DNA from: Bacillales bacterium UBA7581
Lineage (GTDB): Bacteria > Bacillota_I > Bacilli_A > RFN20 > CAG-826
Direction of reading: 5' to 3'
DNA: 64,000 nucleotides
NCBI GenBank assembly: GCA_002477825.1
Contig: DLKT01000014.1
Location: forward strand, 1,825-65,824
Position numbers and translations under genes: made by a program. Of this stretch, positions 20,628-28,718 are shown piece by piece. Numbering within the stretch: the stretch's first letter is position 1; each line of letters starts with the position of its first letter. Below the pieces are notes generated by a model, which saw only the letters and a list, made by a program, of their open reading frames with translations, made no database searches and was not told the DNA's origin.

Positions 20628-22121
20628 TTATAATAATGGCAGTATCGCCGATAGTGCAAACGATAAAATGAAGAATAAAGTAATGATATAAATAGGTAAA
20701 CATACTTCTTTTCTTCTTTTAGAAAATAACATCATGACGACATAAGCAATTAAGCCAATACCGATGCCTGAGGCAATCGAATAAGTTAAAAGTGAGAATA
20801 TCACCATGATAAAGCCGGTAAAGGCCACTACTCGATCACTAAAGTTAATATCTTTAAAATTACCTACGAAAATCATTGCGCCCACGCACACTAACGCAGG
20901 AGCGGTTACAGAACCTGCTGTAAAGATAGAAAATACTGGATAAATAAATCCGGACAATAAGAACATTAAGCCAGCCACAACCGCTGCTAAACCGGTTTTA
21001 GCCCCCATCTCTACACCAATATTACTTTCAGCAAAAGAAGTAACGGTAGAAGTTCCTAATGGTCCACATACGGCCGCGCCAACAGCGTCCGCTAACACGG
21101 CTTTTTGGTAATTTTCCATTTTTCCTTCTTCGTTAATAATTCCGGTATTTCTTCCTACCGCTAACAAGGTTGCTGTAGTGTCAAACAAGTTAACAAACAT
21201 TAATGAGAAAATAGCAACATAAGAAGTTGGATTAGAGAACACTTTTACGATATCGCTTTGGAAATCTTTTCCCGAATAATTAGAATCTAATAAACCAAAG
21301 AATAAAACGTCTTTTACTCCACTCATGCCCCATTTAGCGCTATCATCAAACCAAGGAGCAATTGGCAATTTAACAGGAAGATCCTTTAAAGCATTACTCT
21401 TATACGCCCACCAACTATCCAATCCTGTTGATGTTGTTACAAGTTCCAAACTTCCAGTTTTAATCATAATAGAAGAAACAATAACGCCTGTAACAGCGGC
21501 AAATAAAATACAAAGTGGGATAGCTAAAGTTGATAAAATTTTATTTTTGGAGAACATCATACCAAAACATAAAACAATACTTACAATAGCGATTAAAGTA
21601 GATGGATTTAATAAACTACCTAAGGTAACAAGCGTTCCACCATCTTGAACGATAATACCTGAATTTTTAAGACCTACAAAGCAAATAAATGCACCTAAGG
21701 CACTTGAAATGATTAATTGTAAATCTTTAGGAATGGATTCAATAATAATTTTACGAATTGGCGTTAATGAGAAAACAAAGAATAATAAGCCAGAAATCGT
21801 AAGTAGAATCATACATTGATGCCAATTAAAACCAGCATTAATCGAAATCGTATAGGCTAAATAAGCATTCAGTCCCATACCTGCGCTTAATACAACTGGA
21901 TAGTTGGCTACAAAGCCCATAATAAATGTGACTAAGGCACCGACTAAAGCGGTCATTGCAAAGACACCCATTGTGTTCATTCCCATTGCGCTTAAAATGG
22001 AAGCATTGACGGGTAAAATGTAGCACATGGCAATAAAAGTAATTAAACCACCAATGACTTCATTTTTAATCGATGATCCTTTTTCCGACACATGGAAAAG
22101 CTTTTCTAAAATTTTTTTCAT
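20628..22121 (-). CDS. NCS2/AzgA-family purine (adenine/guanine/hypoxanthine) permease
   Basis: 497-aa polytopic ORF. The N-terminus FHVSEKGSSIKNEVIGGLITFIAMCYILPVN is typical of PbuG/PbuO/AzgA permeases. Confidence 0.88.
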   Translation of the reverse strand: MKKILEKLFHVSEKGSSIKNEVIGGLITFIAMCYILPVNASILSAMGMNTMGVFAMTALVGALVTFIMGFVANYPVVLSAGMGLNAYLAYTISINAGFNWHQCMILLTISGLLFFVFSLTPIRKIIIESIPKDLQLIISSALGAFICFVGLKNSGIIVQDGGTLVTLGSLLNPSTLIAIVSIVLCFGMMFSKNKILSTLAIPLCILFAAVTGVIVSSIMIKTGSLELVTTSTGLDSWWAYKSNALKDLPVKLPIAPWFDDSAKWGMSGVKDVLFFGLLDSNYSGKDFQSDIVKVFSNPTSYVAIFSLMFVNLFDTTATLLAVGRNTGIINEEGKMENYQKAVLADAVGAAVCGPLGTSTVTSFAESNIGVEMGAKTGLAAVVAGLMFLLSGFIYPVFSIFTAGSVTAPALVCVGAMIFVGNFKDINFSDRVVAFTGFIMVIFSLLTYSIASGIGIGLIAYVVMMLFSKRRKEVCLPIYIITLFFILSFALSAILPLL

Positions 22122-22283
22122 TCTTTTTTTATATAGTCCTCCGCTCTAAAAATGAGACATTTAGACTATATGTTCCTTTCTTTGAGAATATATTTTACAT
22201 TTCTTTTTTTGATTCTCAAGCAAAGAAAAGAAACGCTATTTCAATTTCAAATAGAATAAATTCTCCAGAAATTTACATAGAAA

Positions 22284-22309
22284 GAGTGGAGACTTCTTTT
22301 TCTCCACTC
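22284..22309 (-). terminator. Hairpin terminator downstream of the EF-Tu-like lipoprotein gene
   Basis: Minus strand reads GAGTGGAGA-AAAAGAAG-TCTCCACTC (perfect 9-bp stem) followed by the T-rich TTTCTATGTAAATTT. Confidence 0.55.
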
Positions 22310-22477
22310 CAATTAACTTAATTATAAATAATTGAAAGATGCTTTGCAAGTTTCCGCACCACCAACGCACATATTCTTTTTATGAATAGCGTTACGTTTT
22401 ATCATTTTCAACTTCAAAAAAAATTCATAAGGAAACTAATTTTCTTTATTCTTAATTTTCCTTATCTAATTTCATTG

Positions 22478-23599
22478 TTAGTTTTTATCATTGCTATCTA
22501 TTAAACAAAAAGTAACGTCGTTTTTATTCGCTTTGCCTTCAATAATAATTAAATAAATTTTTCCTGTCTTTAAATTTCCAGTATAAAGCTTATCTTCTTC
22601 ATCATACACCAAGAGAGTAAAATCATCAGCACTTGCACCCACAACGTGCGTTTTCCACTCTTTTTCTAAGTTACTAGAGTCATAAGGTGCAACTCTTAAA
22701 AAATTCTTATGATTTGCTTTTAAATTCGTTTTAAAATAATATCTTCCTTTTGATTCATCAAAATTAAACATCTCATATTGATCAAAAGTACAAACATTAC
22801 AAATCCCCATTTTGTCATAGTTTTCATCATGTTCGTGATGCTCAAGCGCAGTAATTGTACCATAAGCAACTTTTCTACCGCCTTCAACGGCGCCTATTTC
22901 CATACCCTTATCTAAAATAAATTGGGTTTTAAGAATAATCGTAACTTCATGTGTTTCTCCTGCCTTAAAGCATTCTAAATCGCTAGGCAAAAGAATCGAT
23001 CCGTAAACATCTGCCGTATAATAAGTAGTGCCAAGAATAACATTAGGATACAATTTAATAATCAAGTGATATTTGGTAAAGAAGGGCGTGTTTCTTCCAC
23101 CTTCGTCCTTAGTTAAGGTAGTTAAATTTACTTTCAATTGGTTATAATATTGTTTCGTTGAAGGTGTAAAGAGTGAATAGCCTTTTTGAATTTGTTTTCC
23201 ATCCACACCTTCAATAGATAATTCAACTTCTTCTCCTTTTGATGCATTTTCATACGCTTTATTATTTTTTTCAATCCCAGTAATAGTTACATTTTTATCT
23301 AAGTTTGAAAGCGTTAAAATATCGCCTGTTTTCACAGAGCCACTATAGATGGTGCCTGAAACAACTGTTTTTCCGCCAGTGGTTGAAAGTACATCACTAA
23401 TTGGCATAAAGAAAGATTTGTCTTCCGTTGGCGCTACTGTCGTTTGCGTTCCTGTTGTTGAAGTAACTATTGTTGGTTCAGTTGTTGATTGTGTTGGATT
23501 ACCACTTGTTGGTTTTTTATTTCCACAGGCGGTTGCTGTTGAAAGTAAGGAAACCAATAATAAAGAAGCGGTTAAAATAGTTTTTATTGTTTTTTTCAT
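22478..23599 (-). CDS. Lipoprotein containing EF-Tu domain II and III homologs without a GTPase domain, plus an unknown C-terminal domain
   Basis: Signal peptide with lipobox (LLSTATA-C25) and a T/S/P-rich linker. Residues about 60-252 are colinear with EF-Tu domains II-III (FFMPISDV, GGKTVVSGT, VKTGD, ITGIE, LTKDEGGRNTPFF, VEGGRKVAYGTIT). Confidence 0.85.
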   Translation of the reverse strand: MKKTIKTILTASLLLVSLLSTATACGNKKPTSGNPTQSTTEPTIVTSTTGTQTTVAPTEDKSFFMPISDVLSTTGGKTVVSGTIYSGSVKTGDILTLSNLDKNVTITGIEKNNKAYENASKGEEVELSIEGVDGKQIQKGYSLFTPSTKQYYNQLKVNLTTLTKDEGGRNTPFFTKYHLIIKLYPNVILGTTYYTADVYGSILLPSDLECFKAGETHEVTIILKTQFILDKGMEIGAVEGGRKVAYGTITALEHHEHDENYDKMGICNVCTFDQYEMFNFDESKGRYYFKTNLKANHKNFLRVAPYDSSNLEKEWKTHVVGASADDFTLLVYDEEDKLYTGNLKTGKIYLIIIEGKANKNDVTFCLIDSNDKN

Positions 23600-23891
23600 T
23601 GCTTTTCTCCTTGCACGATATGTAATTTAGAAATATGTTTATTAAAATCAATATTTTATACTCATATCAATGAACCCGATTAGGTTCAAAAATTTTTGAT
23701 TTAGAAGTCCTATAGCATATAATCTAAATGAAAAGATTATATTATAATTATGTACTTTAACAAGTTGCATACAACGAATTAAGTCCGCTGTTTCTCCTTA
23801 TCTCTATTCTAGGGATGTATTCTTTTACCCGCGAGACTTAGTTTACTTTCTGAGCCAGGACTCCTATATCTTCTTATTCAGAAAGTAGGCG

Positions 23892-24122
23892 TTGTTCATG
23901 TTTGATTATCATCAAACTTTGTTCGTCGGTATCGACGTCAGTAAAGATTCTAATCAAGTCTGTTTAATCAACTTTGAAAGAAAAAAATTACTGAATAAGT
24001 CCTTCAAAAACAATTTAGAAGGCGCTACTGAGATGAAAACAACGATCATCTCTTATTTATTTAAACACGATTTTGCTTTATCAATTCGCTTTTTAATATC
24101 AAAAATAGAAGACCCTTACTAA
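23892..24122 (+). pseudogene. IS110-family transposase, N-terminal stub of about 55-75 codons
   Basis: LFVGIDVSKDSNQVCLIN...NNLEGATEM matches the DEDD/RuvC-like N-terminus of IS110 transposases. The ORF stops after 76 codons, whereas an intact protein is about 350-400 aa. It is the only plus-strand ORF in the island. Confidence 0.7.
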
Positions 24123-24140
24123 TTCTCATTAGCTTGGGTC
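24100..24140 (-). terminator. Possible terminator of the SipW/TasA-like operon
   Basis: Minus strand reads AGACCC-(20-nt loop)-GGGTCT, then TCTATTTTT, 18 nt after the stop of the 762-aa gene. The long loop makes it weak. Confidence 0.35.
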
Positions 24141-24157
24141 TACGAATCATCAATTTC

Positions 24158-26446
24158 TTATTGTTTATTTATTGTGCAATTTGTATACGAACAATTATTA
24201 AATGTTCCTTCACCAGTCCCTTTGATTTCAGAAGCATCGCTACCAAGTGAAGCAGTAATTGTCGCATTCGTTAGCGTGCAGCCTTCAACAGTGACGTTAG
24301 TTTTAAGTAACCCCACAATTCCTCCAACATTGTTTTCAGCTGTAACATTAATATTCGATATACAATTCTTTATATACACTATAGATGTTGTTTCATTTTC
24401 TCCAGTATGACCAATCATACCTCCAACATATTGTGTTCCTTTTACATAACTTTCTTCTTCTACAGCAATGATACAATTCTTTAAAATATCGGTGGAAGTA
24501 ACATTATAGTTATTTAATACATAATTAGTCGCTTCAATTTTGCCAGCAAAAGCACCAACATTATTCTTTCCATTCACCATGACTTTTCCTTTTAAAGTCA
24601 CATTTTCTAATACACATCCTCCAATTAAATCATAGGAATTACGTTTTCCTTTGAGGCTATAATTTCCGCCACCAAAGACTACACCAACATTATCATTTCC
24701 TGAAACAAAAGCGTTTTCGATAGTTAAGTTTTCCACTTTCATAAATTTATATAGTTGTTGACGGTTATAAGTTGTCATTTTTCCACCTGTAGCAAAAAGA
24801 CCTTTACCATATTCACCAGATGTATCAATGTCATCCGTTGCATTCATTAGCAAATTAGAAATCGTATGTCCATTACCATTAAAGGTACCAACAAAGCCAT
24901 AAATTGGAGTAAACGGTTCATTTTTTAAATCAACATCACATTCTAATTTAACATTACTTAAATATAAACCTTCTCCACTATTTACATAATCACGGAAATA
25001 TTGAAGACCAATTTCTTCATCAATTATGCCACTGTCGCTTGTATAATAGAATCCCTCTCCAAAACGGGAAAGATATATATTGGATTGTGTAAAACTTCCG
25101 ATATAGTTATTTGTTTGGTTCTCGCAAGTTATGGCATAAACCCATGCACCTTTTGATTCATCATATTTCATGAAATCATAAAGGGAACCTTTAATGGTCG
25201 CCGTATTCCCTTTTTCTTGATAACCTAGAATAGAAGCACATCCCCCACTAGAAGTAGAAGTTATTTCTACTATGGATGTATTATCGAAATCTCCTGCGAT
25301 TTCTCTAATTTCCAATTCATCACCATCATAATATCCACAAACACCACCAGCATAAGTAGATGGCGTAACATGAATGTCACTTACAAATGTGCTGTCAATT
25401 GTCGTCGTACCTGTCGCTTTTCCAACAATACCACCACCATATTCCACATTACGAATAGTAACATTCTCAAGACGAATGTTTTCGCTCTTAACCGAAATAT
25501 TCTCTCTCACATTGCCAAATAAAGCACCACCAGCACTTCCGCTTCCTGTACCTTCAAATGTAGCGTTGCGAATTGTTAAATTCTTTACATTGACAGAATT
25601 TGAAACATTTCCAAATAAGCCAACATATTGATCTGCCATCTTGAAGTTTGAAATTGAATAATTGTTTCCATCAAAAGTTCCAGCAAAATTATTTAAAGGA
25701 AGAATGGAAGCTCCTTCTAAGTCAACATTTCCGCCTAAATGAACAACTCTTCCAGCATACGTCTTTCCTTCATTCACATTTTTAACAAATGCATTAAAAT
25801 CTTCTTTTGAACATATATACATTTCATTAGGTTCATTTACTGTATCTGCATTTCCTTGTACAGCCTCAACACGATAAACGATTTTACACGAAGTTCCCTC
25901 ATATTGGTTACTATCCGCACTCTCAGCAAATTCTACACTAACTGGAAATGTTACCGCTGTTTTATTTGTGCCTTCGATTGGATTGAGTGTTTTCCATTCA
26001 GAATTAATTTTCCAAGTAAACTCTCCATCAACGCCTAAGAAAGTTTCTGTTCCTAACGTAATGGTTAATGCTGAAAATAAACCTGTATCATCTGCTTTGG
26101 TGACAACAGTACGATATTTTACAGGGACATCACTATTATTTTGAATATTGATGTTAAATTTTGCACCATCACCTGGCATAAAACGGGCTAAAGACAAGCT
26201 ACCATCACTTAAAAGAGAAATCTCTCCTCCTAAAGTGTGATTATCGCCTAACTCATATCCTTGGTTTAATTGTTTTGTTTGAATACTCGTTTGATCAACA
26301 ACAGCAGTCACATCAACTTTACCTGATTTTACGACAATATTCACTTCGTCTTCAGAAGTAAATAAAGCATAAGTTCCGCCAGCAATAAGACTTGCACTCA
26401 AGCAAATTCCTAATATTGCAGAAGCAATTACATTACTCTTTTTCAT
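24158..26446 (-). CDS. Secreted adhesin-like protein: SipW-type signal peptide, TasA/camelysin-like beta-sandwich, and two GLUG-motif beta-helix modules
   Basis: Start set at the ATG at 26446 (GGGGGA SD). Signal LIAGGTYALFTSED. The TasA-like module ends at QYEGTSCKIVYRVEAVQGN. It is followed by FAGTFDGNNYSISN...YVGLFGN and FVGTFNGNGHTISN...GKGLFATGG, with repeated NVGG(I/V)VG-type GLUG motifs. Confidence 0.8.
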   Translation of the reverse strand: MKKSNVIASAILGICLSASLIAGGTYALFTSEDEVNIVVKSGKVDVTAVVDQTSIQTKQLNQGYELGDNHTLGGEISLLSDGSLSLARFMPGDGAKFNINIQNNSDVPVKYRTVVTKADDTGLFSALTITLGTETFLGVDGEFTWKINSEWKTLNPIEGTNKTAVTFPVSVEFAESADSNQYEGTSCKIVYRVEAVQGNADTVNEPNEMYICSKEDFNAFVKNVNEGKTYAGRVVHLGGNVDLEGASILPLNNFAGTFDGNNYSISNFKMADQYVGLFGNVSNSVNVKNLTIRNATFEGTGSGSAGGALFGNVRENISVKSENIRLENVTIRNVEYGGGIVGKATGTTTIDSTFVSDIHVTPSTYAGGVCGYYDGDELEIREIAGDFDNTSIVEITSTSSGGCASILGYQEKGNTATIKGSLYDFMKYDESKGAWVYAITCENQTNNYIGSFTQSNIYLSRFGEGFYYTSDSGIIDEEIGLQYFRDYVNSGEGLYLSNVKLECDVDLKNEPFTPIYGFVGTFNGNGHTISNLLMNATDDIDTSGEYGKGLFATGGKMTTYNRQQLYKFMKVENLTIENAFVSGNDNVGVVFGGGNYSLKGKRNSYDLIGGCVLENVTLKGKVMVNGKNNVGAFAGKIEATNYVLNNYNVTSTDILKNCIIAVEEESYVKGTQYVGGMIGHTGENETTSIVYIKNCISNINVTAENNVGGIVGLLKTNVTVEGCTLTNATITASLGSDASEIKGTGEGTFNNCSYTNCTINKQ

Positions 26447-26462
26447 TGCTTTTCCCCCACTT

Positions 26463-27134
26463 TTATCTTGCACTTGTTGCTTGAACGGCTTCAACATATA
26501 AATCAATATTTGTTTTTAATCCTTTGGCTTCGTTATTATCGAAGTGAACGTCATTTAACCGATCATCAACAAATTCAATTTTCACTTTAAACACCGATTG
26601 AGCACTTTCATCGTCGTTCACTAAAACTTTGCCACTTGCAATTTCATAATTCTTATTTAGATCTGATAAAAATTCACTGGTTTCTGTTCCATTTTGATTT
26701 GTAATGGTAACTTTGATTTGTTCAGCAAGTTTCTTATCGGTGCCTTCGCCAAGTTTTAAATACACATTGTAATCAAATGCAACAGTCCCCCCATTATTAG
26801 CGATGCACATAGTGGCCGTATAACTAGAAGTTGGAACGATGAGTTCTTCATTATCCATTCCAAACACGTTTTCAGTTGTTCCTTTTGTAAAATCGACTGG
26901 TGCATCGGATGAACTTTGTACAGTTTTTTCTTTTACAATACCATCGTTCTTATCTAATCGATTTTGTACGAGTTCTTTTCTTACAAGTTTAATCTTTAAA
27001 TCTCCTGCTTGTAAATGATTAGTTAATGTAACATCACTGCTCCAAAGAGCATAGGTTCCACCAGCTAATAAAGCGACGCTAAGCATGAGCATCATGCTCG
27101 CCGTCATTAATGTTTTTGTTTTTCTTTTTTCCAT
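26463..27134 (-). CDS. TasA/CalY (camelysin, M73-like) family secreted protein
   Basis: Start at the ATG at 27134 (AAGGGGA SD). SipW-type signal peptide LLAGGTYALWSSDVTLTNHLQAGDLKIKL. C-terminal NNEAKGLKTNIDLYVEAVQ is typical of the family. Confidence 0.82.
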   Translation of the reverse strand: MEKRKTKTLMTASMMLMLSVALLAGGTYALWSSDVTLTNHLQAGDLKIKLVRKELVQNRLDKNDGIVKEKTVQSSSDAPVDFTKGTTENVFGMDNEELIVPTSSYTATMCIANNGGTVAFDYNVYLKLGEGTDKKLAEQIKVTITNQNGTETSEFLSDLNKNYEIASGKVLVNDDESAQSVFKVKIEFVDDRLNDVHFDNNEAKGLKTNIDLYVEAVQATSAR

Positions 27135-27184
27135 TTTAAAAATCCCCTTTCTTTTTATATAAATCATCCATTTGAAACAACAAA

Positions 27185-27832
27185 CTATTTTGCTGCCATT
27201 GATGCTTTATCCTTTGTTAATTCATGTCGATGACTATTTCGACGAATTCTTGCTTTTTCTTTTTTATATGCTTTCTCTTCTTCAATTGCATCCACTGCAA
27301 TTCGAATACTGTCCTTCACCGCAGAGAGCGATTCCCCATCTGTAACCTTTATCACTGCTGGTGCTTGTTTTACTACAACTTTGTTATCATTTACATAGTT
27401 CTTAAATTGAAGATTCGGTATCATTAGTTCACAAACAACGACGCCACGTCGTATCTTTAATCGCACCAAGCTTCTTTTACCAAGTCTAAAATCCTCATAC
27501 TGTGCTTTTTTAAAGTGCTTAATGTTATTAATCATTCCAGCAAATTCAACGATTTCATCATAATATTCTTTGTATTTTGATGAAAGAGCATTATATTTTT
27601 CTAACAAGGTTTCATTTCCTGTAGTAAACTTAACATTCTCGTCATTTTGTTCGACAATCTCATTTTCCACATTCGCAACTGTCGACGCTTCTAGCGTTAC
27701 TTGAGCATCTTCTTTCACTTCTTGCATTTTATGTTCATGCTTTTCTTCTATAATGTCACAACAGACAACTACTACACAAAAAAGACTAAACGCTAAGACT
27801 AATGCGACAAATATGATTAATAAAGTTTGCAT
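27185..27832 (-). CDS. Single-pass membrane protein of unknown function inside the SipW operon
   Basis: 215-aa ORF. It has an N-terminal hydrophobic helix ending in CC, an acidic linker, a globular segment and a basic tail. No family recognised. Confidence 0.6.
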   Translation of the reverse strand: MQTLLIIFVALVLAFSLFCVVVVCCDIIEEKHEHKMQEVKEDAQVTLEASTVANVENEIVEQNDENVKFTTGNETLLEKYNALSSKYKEYYDEIVEFAGMINNIKHFKKAQYEDFRLGKRSLVRLKIRRGVVVCELMIPNLQFKNYVNDNKVVVKQAPAVIKVTDGESLSAVKDSIRIAVDAIEEEKAYKKEKARIRRNSHRHELTKDKASMAAK

Positions 27833-27879
27833 TTGCGACTACCTCCTTTCTTAAATAATATTTTACCTCAAGGCACATG

Positions 27880-28713
27880 CTATTTTTTTTCTTCATCTTT
27901 GCTCAACGACGAGCCTTCTTGAGGAAGATCGGAAATAGGCGGTGCCGTAGATTTATTAGATTTTTGTTGAAGTTCATCAAGTTGACGCCTTAATTCTTTA
28001 ATTTCATTAGCCTGGCTTTCCCAAGCAATGGCTTCTTTTTCTTTCTTTTCTTTATTTAATACGCCAATGATACGAATAATCTGAAAACCAATTAGAGTAA
28101 GACAAGGAATGATAATAATACAAATAATTCCTATAGGACTTCTTAATGCATAAACAATTGAACCAACGAATCGGCTTTGACCAGTTACTCTTCCAATAAT
28201 ATAATTAGGACTATTCTCATCGCTGGTATCAATAATTTGTTGCCCCACACCACTAGAATCTAATTTATTGTCTCCTTCTAACGTTATAATATAGCCCCCT
28301 TGATTTTTTTCTTCTATCTTTACAACGCGGTGAGTAATTGTAACTTGTTTTTGATAAACATATTTAAATGTTAGAACATCTCCAATTCGGAGTGTTTCTA
28401 GCCACTTTTGCTGTTTAGCCTCTTCTTTGGGCATAACTTCGATAAACACACAAGATTTTACAGGAATACTTTTGATTTTATATTCAGACACATCTGTCTG
28501 ATCACATTTTTCCATGGAGCTTGATTGTACAAAACGAAGTTGATACCCAAATATTGTCGCGGCACCATCACTATCTTTTTTTGCCATTACACTTATTGAG
28601 AGAATAAAAATTGCGAAAATCAAAATTAAAAATACAATAATATTCCCCATAAAACTTAGCGCTTTTTTTATTGGTCTCTTTTTTTCATCTGATGGTAATA
28701 CTTTGCTTTCCAT
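27880..28713 (-). CDS. sipW: Signal peptidase I, SipW (ER/archaeal) type, with a long charged C-terminal tail
   Basis: TM1, Ser box VQSSSME, GDVLTF, His box VTITHRVV, EGDNK, RSPIG plus TM2, matching B. subtilis SipW boxes (SGSMEP, GDVITF, VTHRIV, KGDNN, SQPIG). An extra tail of about 58 aa follows. Confidence 0.88.
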   Translation of the reverse strand: MESKVLPSDEKKRPIKKALSFMGNIIVFLILIFAIFILSISVMAKKDSDGAATIFGYQLRFVQSSSMEKCDQTDVSEYKIKSIPVKSCVFIEVMPKEEAKQQKWLETLRIGDVLTFKYVYQKQVTITHRVVKIEEKNQGGYIITLEGDNKLDSSGVGQQIIDTSDENSPNYIIGRVTGQSRFVGSIVYALRSPIGIICIIIIPCLTLIGFQIIRIIGVLNKEKKEKEAIAWESQANEIKELRRQLDELQQKSNKSTAPPISDLPQEGSSLSKDEEKK

Positions 28714-28718
28714 ATTGA

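Noticed and set aside
22122-22477. Expected a guanine/adenine riboswitch upstream of the NCS2 purine permease.
   Set aside because: Reading the minus strand, I could not find the conserved purine-riboswitch core (UAUAAU...AUAUGG...GUUUCUACC...CCGUAAA...GACUA). Only generic hairpins are present. An Infernal scan is needed for certainty.
26447-26506. N-terminal extensions in the ORF track. Affected regions: 26447-26506, 27135-27167, 29220-29240, 17304-17357, 20367-20453, 46408-46425, 54834-54860.
   Set aside because: The extensions begin at TTG, GTG or ATG codons with no SD and often overlap the upstream gene. In each case an internal ATG is preceded by a good GGAG-type SD and yields a canonical N-terminus (signal peptide or conserved start).
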